Below are positions 52,281 to 64,000 of a stretch of 64,000 bases of DNA, one piece after another. The notes under the pieces are model-generated. The model searched no databases. It saw only the letters and a list, made by a program, of their open reading frames with translations, and was not told the DNA's origin. Position 1 is the first letter of the stretch, and every line of letters begins with the position of its first letter. The DNA lies in NCBI RefSeq assembly GCF_001194135.2, contig NC_068987.1, positions 50,102,683 to 50,166,682 on the forward strand, read 5' to 3'. Origin of the DNA: Octopus bimaculoides (Eukaryota). The position numbers were made by a program, and so were the translations under genes.

Positions 52281-52880
52281 GGGTGGATGACAAGCTGGCA
52301 GAATGGTTAGGACATTGGACAAAATACCATGTGGTGTCTCTTCCCGTGCTTTATGTTTCAGTAGGTTAACTTTGCCTTTATCCCTGTGTGGTTGATAAAA
52401 TAAAGTACCAGTTAAGTGCCAGGGTTGATTGTCTCGGCTTCCCCTTCCCCTCGAAACTGCTGACCTTGTGTCTAAATCAGAAACCATTAAAGGTACTGAG
52501 TTGGTAGAATTGCTAGTGCATTGAACAAGAAGCTCAGCAGCATCTTTTGTGGATCTTTATGTTCTGAGTTCAAATTCTGCCATGGTTGACTTTAGCTTTG
52601 ATCCTTTCAGAGCTTGTATAATTAGTATTAGTTGAGCACTGGGGTCAATATAATCGACTAACCTCTTTCCCTGAATTTGCTGGCCTTCTACCAAAATGTG
52701 AAACCATTATTATTATCATTTTTATTATTGTTATTAATATTATTAAGGCAGTAAGCTGGCAGAATCATTACTATGCTGGACAAAATGCTTAACTGCATTT
52801 CTTCTGGCTTTACGTTCTGAGTTCAAATTGACATACCCCCTCCCCCAAAATTTCTGGTCTTGTGCCGGAGTTTGAAATCA
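52281..52880 (+). mobile_element. Three head-to-tail SINE family A copies
   Basis: agctggcagaat / agttggtagaat / agctggcagaat heads at ~52293, 52499 and 52753, each ending gaaaccatt or gaaatcatc. Confidence 0.8.
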
Positions 52881-55581
52881 TCATCATCATCACCATCATC
52901 ATCACCATCATCATCATTCTTCTTCTTCTTCTTCTTCTTCTTATTACTATTATTATTATTACTATTATCTATCAGTGTGTATCACCCTTGTTTATTTGCC
53001 CTAAAAGTTGTATATGTATGTGTGTATGTATGCCCTTATAGTTCTCTGCATACATCTGTTTATCTGTTAACCTGTGTATTTATGTGTATTTGCCAACTTT
53101 ATATCTCTTGTTTACATCTATGTGACACTGTTTATCTATCAAACTGTTTTTATTTATGTATCATTCTGTCTGTTACTCTGTGTGGGTTGCTACGTGTTGC
53201 TTGTGTTACTCCTCCCCCGTGTGTTTACGACAGCTGCTAGTGTGCAACAGTGAGTTCTTGAAACTAGGGTTCGATTCAGTTTTTGGTTCTCAGTTGGAGT
53301 CACTTTCATTTGTATGGTTAATGTCCTTGAGAAAATAAGCATGTATATCACAACATTTCATCTTCCTCTCATAAAGACACTTAGAACATAATTACTCTTC
53401 CTCCACGCACATTCATCTATGTCTTTGTGCACACAGACACACCTGAATATATTTAGATGAACGAATCTATATAAAGCCTTCATCCCATACTTATGCTATT
53501 GTATTATGTAGGCTTCCTACATACATACTCAAATACACTATGCATATTGTCACATATGATGGAAACACACACTCACATGCACACACAGTGTATAAAATGC
53601 TTTATAGATAGATTAAATTTCTGTATCCCCAGTTCAGCTGCTAAAACGCTGTCACTAGTCAATATCTATATCTTTTTAGCTTGTCACTGATAATTCCTTT
53701 ATACAGGTTTCAACCATTTAGATCTGTTTATGATAACACATACATAATAACGTATAGAAGGCCAAACAAATAAACTCTTGTATGTAATTTCCACATCATA
53801 CATTCATAGATGTGCTCATATATGGAAGCACATATTAAAATATAATCTCTCTCTCCATGCATGCACCTATATTTATATATGTATGCATGTATGTATGTAT
53901 GTATGTATGTATGTATATGTGTGTATAATATATATGTATGTGTATATGCATGTTTGTATGCTTATGTGAGTATATATATATATATATATATATATATGTC
54001 ATATTTTGGCCAATTAAACAAACACACTATATTCTTGGTTTTCACGTTAGCTTTATTATTATTATTATTTAGTGTCCTTTATCTAAGCTCTTTTGTCACA
54101 CATCAGAATGGACAGAGTGGACTAAACAGAACAAGAAGAGACACATAGGATAAAGAGTTGCCAAAGAGGCCACAGGATGTGTAACAAAAGAGCTTACACA
54201 AAGGATACAAAGATAATGATAATTATAAAGCTGAAGTTGAAGACCAAGTATTATAATGCATGTGTTTAATTGGCAAAAATATGACCATCCTCAAATATAA
54301 CAATATCTGTTTCAACAGTTCAACACGATTTCACATCAAGAATTCTGTAAAACAAATTCATAAACATTTACATACATACATACATATATATATATGTATA
54401 GATATATAAAATATGAAATTGGACATGAACACAAATCATCCAGACAGTTAGGCGATACAAAAAACAGGACAACGAAACATCCAGAGAGACGATACAAAGA
54501 AAACAAGGATGGGTCATTTGGAGTTTTCTTTCCTCAGTTGAGTTCCAGATTCTCTTTACAATTTCGGCTGGTTATACTCAAGTTTGCTCCAATCTGGCCA
54601 GCCATAAGGAAAAACTAATCTAAGAGCACTAGATTCCTTGGAAGAAAGCAGTGAATGTATATGAAAACAAGGATGGAAAAAACGGAGAAACGGTACGCAA
54701 ATACAAATAACAGAACATTAACAATAGATGTCTTTCGACTAAGAACAAATTAAATTAAGCTGGTGTGTGTGGAAGTAAAGCCAAAAATTTTGATTGTAAT
54801 TCAAATTGTTTTTTTGAAGTAAATGAATGCTAAATTTATTTGCATGAATTGCATGTTATATGAAATAAGTGTGTTCGTTCACCAAAACATATGTGACATT
54901 GATTTGACTTCTCTTTACCTCAATTTAAATTATTGTTATTTACTCTGTTAAGATTATAACATATCTACTTGATATACATGCCTTGGATTGACGATGTGCT
55001 CTTTTAATAATTGACCAAAGTACAAACAATCTTCCTTTGGTTAATTAAAAGATGTAACCTTTACATTATTATTAAATTCCTAGGCTAGCTAGATTCCTGA
55101 ATGAAGTGCTGCTGAGGTGATTGCCTGGATTTTACTTATTTTGTTAATTATTATTATTATTGTAATTATAATGATAATAAAAATATATAATTTCGATATT
55201 ACAGAACTTCACTGCAGGTTAAATATCAATGTAAATACATTCCTTCTATACTACTGATATGTGGAAAAAAAGTGGGAGGGCGTCTCCTGATGGACTGTTT
55301 CACATTTTGTAGACTACTCCTCAGAGAAAACATACCCAGTTTTCTTCTTAATCAGTAGCATTATCAGCTACTTATAAAGCAGTTCTGAATTAGGTTAGCA
55401 CTCTGATGGAGAGCCTAATTTGCATATTTGTGCTTTTGATGGTTTATTATTAATTATACTGTCATGCATATATATATATATATATTAAATTCAAATTACA
55501 ATAAACGTAAACAAACAAATGAAGTTTGCTTTTAGAACCGTTGAGATGTCTTAGAAAGTTAAAGAAGTGATTTTTAAATTA

Positions 55582-55724
55582 TCAAACGCAGGATAATGCT
55601 AATAATATAGCCTGAACAGGATAAGCTACCCCTATTTTGCAGAAAAAAGTGTTGGCGTTTTTTCTGCAAAATAACGGTAGCTTATCCTGTTCAGGCTATA
55701 TTATTAGCATTATCCTGTGTTTGA
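55582..55724. repeat. 143-nt near-perfect palindrome (67-bp arms, 9-nt loop); probable TA-flanked MITE
   Basis: Left arm 55582-55648 is the reverse complement of 55658-55724 with 3 mismatches. Confidence 0.92.
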
Positions 55725-55749
55725 GTATATATATATATANNNNNNNNNN

Positions 55750-55813
<64 letters not shown>

Positions 55814-56216
55814 CCAAACACATTGGTGTGTGTGTGTGTGTGTGTGTATGTCTATATATAATATATATATACCTGCCAACACTTCTGTAAAATTGAATGT
55901 GTAAATTAAGTCATGAATGATAATTTTCCTGTAATTTCCTTTGATGATGATGTTCATTTGAAATGTCAGGACACATTCCTTATTTTAGTTTTTCCTCGCC
56001 ATATGTTTGCAAGGACTGAGTCATTGGATAAATAAATAAATAAGAAACACAAAAATAAATCACTGTTTACAAGTGTATTTTTTCACAAACGTTGGATGTT
56101 AGATGCTATTTCTGTTTTGTTTTTAATCTACAGGTTTTTATCCATTTTTACTTTTCTGTTCCTACATCTTGACGTCAGTATGCTGCTCAAGCATAGTTTC
56201 TTTTTTTTATTCATTG

Positions 56217-56435
56217 TTTAGCTTTTAAACTGGGTCATCTTTGGCCAAAATATTCTACCTGCTTTATATTTCAACTGGCTTGATCTAGCCTCTTACACTT
56301 AACCTTCCAATGTCATTCTATAAATAGACAATCACATAATTGAAATCTGAAAGCTATGAAATAATGCATGATTAATTCAAAACAATGTAATTAGTTAAGC
56401 ATTGCATTTGACTGAGTAATCTGGATGCTAAAGGG
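56217..56435 (+). mobile_element. MITE family M2, left end eroded
   Basis: ggccaaaatattctacc...atgcatgattaattcaaaacaatg...CTAAAGGG|TTAA. Confidence 0.8.
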
Positions 56436-59167
56436 TTAAATTATTGACTTAGAATGAAGGTACGCTAATGGGTTTGTTACTTGCTCACTTCCAACTAGCC
56501 AATCAGTACATTGAGTACTATATTTTGTAATGCTGTAGTTTTGGGGTCTCCCCTTTGAATTACCTTAGGTAGTAAACCCTTAAGGAAGACCATTTTCTTG
56601 TGATTTTATTATTATCATTTTGTTAATTTTGCCTTTTTGGCTTGTGTTCTGTGTTAAATTATGTTGAAATGGAGTTTGAATCACTAGAACTGGCTGAGAA
56701 GTAATGAAGTTTCATTTGTACAAGTGCAACAGGGGAAGTAATTTTTGTGTGTATTATGTATGTGCATCTGTGTGTGTGTGTGTAGTTTTATTCTCTGCAT
56801 TGTTAATCCGCTGTTTTATATCTTGTCCTTAAACTGCCCTTGGTGTCTTGGGCCCTTGTGACCAATGGATGAAATTATTATTGCTGCCTTTCATAATTTC
56901 AGGGTTGATAAAATAAAGTACCGCTCTTTCTTCATGTATTTGTCTGTTCTCTGATATTTAGAGTAATGGGTTAATAGAGTCCAGTAGACAAGTAAAGTAA
57001 GGAGTGACAGAAATGGACAGTAGTGTCAGACTCAATACTGTACTCTATACTGTGTAGTAGTTATTGTCACAGTACATCCTGAGTTCAAATTTCTTGAGAG
57101 GTGGTTTTGCTCTTCATCCAATCAAAAATTAAAAAGTAGTACCACTGTATACTAGTCACTTGTACCTGCTGTGGCATTCACCCATGCTGGATTGAGCTGA
57201 TTCCAAGCAATGAGTTCATTATACCCCTCATGAATGCTGACCACATCTGACAGTTGACCCTAATGTTCCAATAGGCAAAGCAATGCTTCTGCCTGCAGTT
57301 CAAAAATACAGCTTGCAAAAGCTCCTCTTGGAGAAAAAAGCATTTTGGATAGCAGGGATGCCATGGCTGTAGTCATCATTCATTGTTGAATTGTAGACTT
57401 CATGTTGAGAGTTTCAGTGGGAATATAAGTTCACATGTGGTTCCCAGTCACATGTATATACACTTTGGGCTTGTGTCATCGATAGCAGCTCATTTTGCTA
57501 TTGGTTGATGATCATCACAGAGGATTCACTGACCAAGTCATTGCTAATTATGAGAGCAGACATAGCCTGGGTTTGAAGTGGGTAGTACACACACTAATTA
57601 ACCAATAGCTGGGATCCTAACAGGTGCTACTACTATTCCAGGTCAGAGGAAACCTGAGAACAATAGTGGCTAAGATGTGGTTCCACACTCCTCAAAACCC
57701 TGGAACTTTCATACCAAGGCCCCATTACTGTATGCAGTTTAAAGTCTTATAAGTTTCTTTTAGTTTTCACCTTCCAAATCCTGTCATAAGACTTTGGTCA
57801 GCTTGAGGCTATAGTAGAAAAGTGCCTTCTAATGTACTATGCAATGGGAATGAAGAAAACTACTGAACCACACAGCCACATTTGTACCAATAAGTGTCAA
57901 ATTTGTATAAATAAAATATAGAAAACCAGCCTGAACTCTGCTGATCTGAAATTAATTTTATTGAGGGGGAGATTCCTCTAAAATCTTCAGTTAGTTCTGA
58001 ATGTCTGTAAGTGTATATGAAAAAGTTACTGTCTTCAATAATTGTTTTCAAATAGCATTTCATTCTAGCGTACCCAGTGATATATAAACTATTTTCTTTT
58101 TTTCTTTCTTTCCATTCTCTTTTGTTATAATAATTCTGTTGAAATTTCACACCATATTATTCATTAATGTACACTTAACATTGGTAACTGTTTTTTTTTT
58201 TATCATTGTTAATTTATCTTTGTTCATGGCATTTCTAATGACAGACAACACCAAGTGTTCTGTTAGGCTTTCTAGACAAGATCACTCAATCTACAAATGA
58301 AGAAAATATTTTGGATCTGGGTGAATCCAGGAATTGTTAAGAGTAATATGTAGTACTGACATAGCTTATAGTTAAGAAGTTTGCTTCCCAACCACATCAT
58401 TTTAGGTTCAGTCCAACCATGTGGCACCTTGGGTAAATGTTTTCTATTAAAACATCAGGCTGACCAAAGCCTTGTGAGTGGATCTGGTAGACAGATATTG
58501 AAAGGAGACCATCATGTATGTGTATGTGTGCAGGCATAGCTGTGTGATTAAGAAGCTGACTTGTTAATAAAAGGAATAATGATAATATTAATAATAACAT
58601 AATATAAATAAAATGTCATGTTTTGGTGCATAACTTTTGGCCTGTTCTGTATATGTGTGTGTGTTGGTGCTTGACCTCCCATGGCTTGGCAACCAGTGTT
58701 GGCTTGTTTACACCCTTGTAACTTAGTGGTTTGGCAACAGAGACAAATAGAATAAGTACCAGACTTTAAAAAAAGTCCTGGAGTCAGCTTATTCAACTAA
58801 ACTGTGCAAGGTAGTGTCCCAGTAGGGCTGCTGCTCAGTGACTGAAACAAGCAGAAGATATATTTGTTGCTTGTATTTGCATTTTGTAACTATAAGCAGG
58901 TGTAGATATAATGAACATATTGTGCTAATATTTGGTCTCCGTTTGTCTATTAATTCCTAGGCAGTGCTTTGATGCTGTTAACCTCATTGAATGCTACTGC
59001 CTGTAATGATATCCGTTAAGCAACTGATGATGGGATATATGCTGGATGTGCCTGTTTGTGTTGTTGTTGACTGTGAACCTGTTGCATCTTATGTTCCCAG
59101 GGTTTTGGAGTTTTTGTTTGAGATTCTTGTTCTGCTAAAATTCAAATTAGTTTCTGGAAGTTTAGTT

Positions 59168-59168
59168 A

Positions 59169-59224
<56 letters not shown>

Positions 59225-60192
59225 NNNNNNNNNNNNNNNNNNNNNNNNNNNNNNNNNNNNNNNNNNNNNNNNNNNNNNNNNNNNNNNNNNNNNNNNNNNN
59301 NNNNNNNNNNNNNNNNNNNNNNNNNNNNNNNNNNNNNNNNNNNNNNNNNNNNNNNNNNNNNNNNNNNNNNNNNNNNNNNNNNNNNNNNNNNNNNNNNNNN
59401 NNNNNNNNNNNNNNNNNNNNNNNNNNNNNNNNNNNNNNNNNNNNNNNNNNNNNNNNNNNNNNNNNNNNNNNNNNNNNNNNNNNNNNNNNNNNNNNNNNNN
59501 NNNNNNNNNNNNNNNNNNNNNNNNNNNNNNNNNNNNNNNNNNNNNNNNNNNNNNNNNNNNNNNNNNNNNNNNNNNNNNNNNNNNNNNNNNNNNNNNNNNN
59601 NNNNNNNNNNNNNNNNNNNNNNNNNNNNNNNNNNNNNNNNNNNNNNNNNNNNNNNNNNNNNNNNNNNNNNNNNNNNNNNNNNNNNNNNNNNNNNNNNNNN
59701 NNNNNNNNNNNNNNNNNNNNNNNNNNNNNNNNNNNNNNNNNNNNNNNNNNNNNNNNNNNNNNNNNNNNNNNNNNNNNNNNNNNNNNNNNNNNNNNNNNNN
59801 NNNNNNNNNNNNNNNNNNNNNNNNNNNNNNNNNNNNNNNNNNNNNNNNNNNNNNNNNNNNNNNNNNNNNNNNNNNNNNNNNNNNNNNNNNNNNNNNNNNN
59901 NNNNNNNNNNNNNNNNNNNNNNNNNNNNNNNNNNNNNNNNNNNNNNNNNNNNNNNNNNNNNNNNNNNNNNNNNNNNNNNNNNNNNNNNNNNNNNNNNNNN
60001 NNNNNNNNNNNNNNNNNNNNNNNNNNNNNNNNNNNNNNNNNNNNNNNNNNNNNNNNNNNNNNNNNNNNNNNNNNNNNNNNNNNNNNNNNNNNTACATACA
60101 TACATACATACATACATACATACATACATACATACATACATACATACATACATACATACATACATACATACATACATACATACATACATACG
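59168..60192. repeat. (GCAC)n / N-gap / (TACA)n
   Basis: Direct reading; explains the 347-411 aa ORFs in the track. Confidence 0.95.
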
Positions 60193-60819
60193 TGTGTGTG
60201 TGCATGCTTGTTTTGACATTGAGTGATAGTTGTAAAAATGAGTGTCACTGTGATACAAATAGCATCATTCATTGCAAAACCTGCCTCAACAAATTATGTC
60301 TAACCTATGCAAACAGAAAACTGTATGCTATGTGGTTGGAAAACAAACTTTTTAGCCACACAGCCATGCCTGTGCCTTTCTGAATTAAAAAAAAAAAATT
60401 TCAAAATAGCAAGAAATAAGTATGACAAAATAAAAAAAAAAGCAGTAAGGACCCTTCCCCCTCAAAGAAACAACAAGGAAACAAGAACTACATATTGTTG
60501 AAATTATTTTAAAGAACAGAACTAATTGTTTGTGAATTTCTGTTGGTGTTGTTAGTCCTTATCTGAAATTTCAATTATTTCCTGTTTTTTACTATTTTTC
60601 TGGAAATGTGAGTTTAAGGCGGCATCATAACATTTCCAGTTTCCTCCGATAAATATGATTAAAATGTGCTGAGAATAAGGAGAACCTTTGTTGTTATGAA
60701 AGAATTTCTTTTAATATCCAGACTAAGCACAATATTAAGTACGTTGCCACATTGTCATATTTTTTTTAAAGAATATTTTGAGAAAAGCATTTTGTTTTGG
60801 AGATAAAAAAAATGTATCA

Positions 60820-61061
60820 TCATCATCATCATTGTTTTAACATCCACTTCTCAATGCTTGCATGAGTTAGTTGGAGTTTAATGAGGCAAATTTTCTGTGG
60901 CCAGATGTCCTTCCAGTTGCTAACCTTCACCCTGTTTCCAAGCAAAGTAATATTTCCCTATGGCCATATATGCTTATGCGGAATATTGGAAATAATTTAC
61001 ACTGCTTGTGTGATAGTGACACTCATTTACAACTCCCATGGGTTGCCAAGATTAGGACACA

Positions 61062-61093
<32 letters not shown>

Positions 61094-61250
61094 CACTGAG
61101 CTTCTTTCAGTTTCCATCTACCAAATCCATTTTCAAAGCTTTGTTCACCTGGGGCTATAGTAAAAGGAACTTGTGTGGAGTGCCATGTAGTGTGACTGGA
61201 TCCAAAACCATGTGTTTGGGAAGCAAACCTGTTAGGCATGTAGCCATGTC
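60820..61250 (-). mobile_element. SINE with family-B head and RTE-type tail
   Basis: (ATC)n tail at 60817, ttccaagcaaagtaatatttccc body, head ttgggaagcaaac at ~61217. Confidence 0.7.
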
Positions 61251-62780
61251 TGCATTGCATCAATGTATATGTAGCAGGCTAGATTTGATGTGCCATATCA
61301 ATTTGATATAAGGTAGCTTACTACTAAATGTAGCGTATAAATGTAACACTTCAAGGTTCTTGTGTTGGAGTAACCAGTGAACATTGAAGAATTAACTCCA
61401 AGAAGGAAATGTTATTTACATATATTTATTCGTTTACCCGACAGGTTGTTACAGAGACAGTAGCAATTCTAGTGATGGTGGTGACAAGGATGGCTCACTG
61501 GTTAGTAGTTGATATGTAGAAAAAGTTTGTCTGTCAGTTAAGAGGGAAAGAGTAAGGTAGTCATGTTGCTGACTAGAAAGGAAGAAAGGATAAAGGTGGC
61601 ATCACCTTTCTTATGGCTGGCTATGTGGTGAAAAAGTTTGCTTCATAGTAGTGTGGTTTTGGTTTCATTCCTGCTGTACTGCATCTTGTGCAAGTGTCTT
61701 CTATTTTTAGATTCAAATATTACCTTATTTGGAAACAAGGTTGGCAACAGGAAGGGAATTTGGCCATAGAAAATCTGCCTCAGTGAATTCTGTCTGATCC
61801 ATGCAAGCATGAAAAAGTGAACATTAAAGCAATGATGAGTGTTAACGCCCATTTTTTATGCTGCAATGGGTTGGATGGTTTGACAGGAGCTGACAAGCCA
61901 GAGGACTGCATCAAACTCCACTGTCTCTTTTGGCATGGTTTTTACAGCTGGATACCCTAAAGAGAATAGTGGGTGATTAGTTGTGATGAGTTCTAAGCCT
62001 ATTAAATTGCAGAACAACCAAAGGTTTTGTCCTTACACAAGGTACTTTGAACAAGTCAATCCTAGCAGAGCCCTTTTATCTTCATGTGATAAACACAGAA
62101 TAAATTTTATTCAATACTGCAAAATAATGAAATAGTTGTGAATTTTTCAGTGCATCAATTGTTTTATAACTCTGCTGTACAAAATTACAATAGGATACAG
62201 TAGGCTACTTTAAAGCTAAAAATCTTGCCTATACATGCAGGGCAGCATTCCTGTTAGGATACAAACTACTGACCAGTCAGTTTGTAATCTGCTTGATTGT
62301 TATTGAATTGATAATGTGTGACACTCTGTTCTAGATTGAATGTTTCATGGAATTCATTGTTGGAACAGAAATCTAAATCAGAAGTTGGAGTGATAATGGT
62401 TTGTTGATAGTTCAGGACTGAAGCAAGTAATGATGTTTTGCCCAGGAGGATGGCAACACAAATTGACGCATGGTAGGGCTGAAACCCCCTTGAAGTTTGA
62501 CTCAGTAAAGCTAGCACTTTTGAACATTGTATCGCACTTCACTGCCACTGACATTCAAGAAAAACCAAGTGTAAGGAAATTGTTTTACACTGACACACAC
62601 AGACACACACACCACACACACACTCATACTCACACACACATGTACCCACTTGAAACAGGTGTGTGTATATGTATTGCTCTTTAATAATTAGACTATAATA
62701 TCTTGAACTTTCTGGAAGGAAATTGTAGCAGAAACTCAATTGAGAAGGGTCATGGCACTCCCACTATTTTTATTTATTTT

Positions 62781-62820
<40 letters not shown>

Positions 62821-64000
62821 CATATTGCAACTGGGTTCTGAATGTACATGGCAAGACCATTAATTAAGAGGTTTATTCTTTATGTAACAAGACATGTTTT
62901 TGAAAGTTATAAGTAGACTACATATGTTAAAACATGTACTTCAAGTTTAGAGGATGCATGCATGTACATAATTAGCTAAAACAACCTTTCATATTTAGTA
63001 TAAAAGCAAAAAAGTTAACATTTAGTTCATGTTTTGTGTTCAACAGCTGGTTCATTAACATAAACATCAATGAATGTATAATTACATAATTGTGACATAA
63101 TTAATTTAAAATTAGAGTACATGATTCAAAACTGTACCAGAGTAATTTGAAGTCCTTTGCATCTTGTTCCATTCATTACATTTACATACCTTATAATAAT
63201 TCTTTTACCTACAAAATGTATAGTAAAAAAGGCCATCAGAATTATTTTGTTACCATATTTCTGATGGGATACACTATCTTGTTTAGATCTAAAACACAGA
63301 ACATAAATAAATAGCAATAACAATAAGATGAACATATATGCAAATATTGTTTGAACTATTATAAAATTGCTGTCATTAAAAAATAGATGGTCAATGGACT
63401 TGGAATAATGCATAAAATGTAAGGCTATAGTTTTAAATAGAAAATACCAAGTTTTTTCTTTCCTTCATATATCTTTTCTTGTTCAGTAAATTATTAACTT
63501 TTTTTTATACTTTCAACAGCTGAGAAATTATCTTTTCTTGTAAAATGAAAGTTAAACTTCAATTTTTTTTGTTTTGTTTTTAGTTCAACGTTTTTGTTCT
63601 GCCTAATTTGACTAGTTTTGTTCTCTTCCCATGTAATACTTCCTGCAGGATATAGTAAAATATGCATATTTCCTGCAACTCTTCAGAAATAAATAGCTAG
63701 AGGTACCCCCTCCTACATTCACGCACAAAGAATGAGAAACTGAGAGATATCAGAAATGCAGATGTGTTTACTTTGTTGTTGTTTGTATATGTATTGGGTT
63801 ATGTGTGTGTATGTTTTTTGTCTGTTCAACTGAGTGGATATAAGAAAGAATTTTTCCTATTTTGTTTTTCTTTATATAATATTTTTATTTTTCATACTTT
63901 TTAGTATACCAGTAGCCCAGTAGCTGTTCAATATTCTAATGTTTACCTACATAGCTGTTAAATAACTATTTTTAGTCAATTTGACAACTGATCTATTTGT

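Noticed and set aside
54395-54785. Repeat-like block with a 14-bp direct repeat (54499, 54663) and minus-strand GAAA...CTGAGGA as a type II hammerhead
   Set aside because: The required stem II pairing is absent; single copy in the window and left unclassified
57180-57600. Possible minus-strand RTE endonuclease start (AYWNIRV...LLGISSIQ)
   Set aside because: Only a loose resemblance to the WNVRT motif; needs a profile search

Overview
AT-rich, repeat-dense eukaryotic DNA from a short-read scaffold with 8 N-gaps, several flanked by microsatellites. The SINE, RTE-tail and MITE repertoire looks like Octopus (recognised from memory, not searched). The only host gene I can support is vinculin: a 57-nt first coding exon (MPVFHTKTIEGILEPVAQQ, 19630-19686, +) with a GTAAGT donor. 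No second exon is visible, so intron 1 is at least 44 kb unless exon 2 lies in a gap. The rest is transposon-derived: two back-to-back Penelope-like fragments with GIY-YIG endonucleases, a full-length dead Hsmar1-like mariner, a rearranged mariner remnant, RTE and CR1-like LINE fragments, several tRNA-derived SINE families, and TTAA-flanked MITEs. The most interesting signals are RNA-structural. Two decayed hammerhead ribozymes in tandem Penelope terminal repeats complement each other to give a complete core. A tRNA-headed SINE-like element carries a half-deleted hammerhead, and two further hammerhead-like motifs occur. There is a 143-nt near-perfect hairpin in the vinculin intron and a 1.1-kb SINE palindrome just upstream of vinculin. 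An Illumina adapter remnant sits at 17176. Most long ORFs in the supplied track are microsatellite or N-gap artefacts. Repeat boundaries are by eye and approximate.
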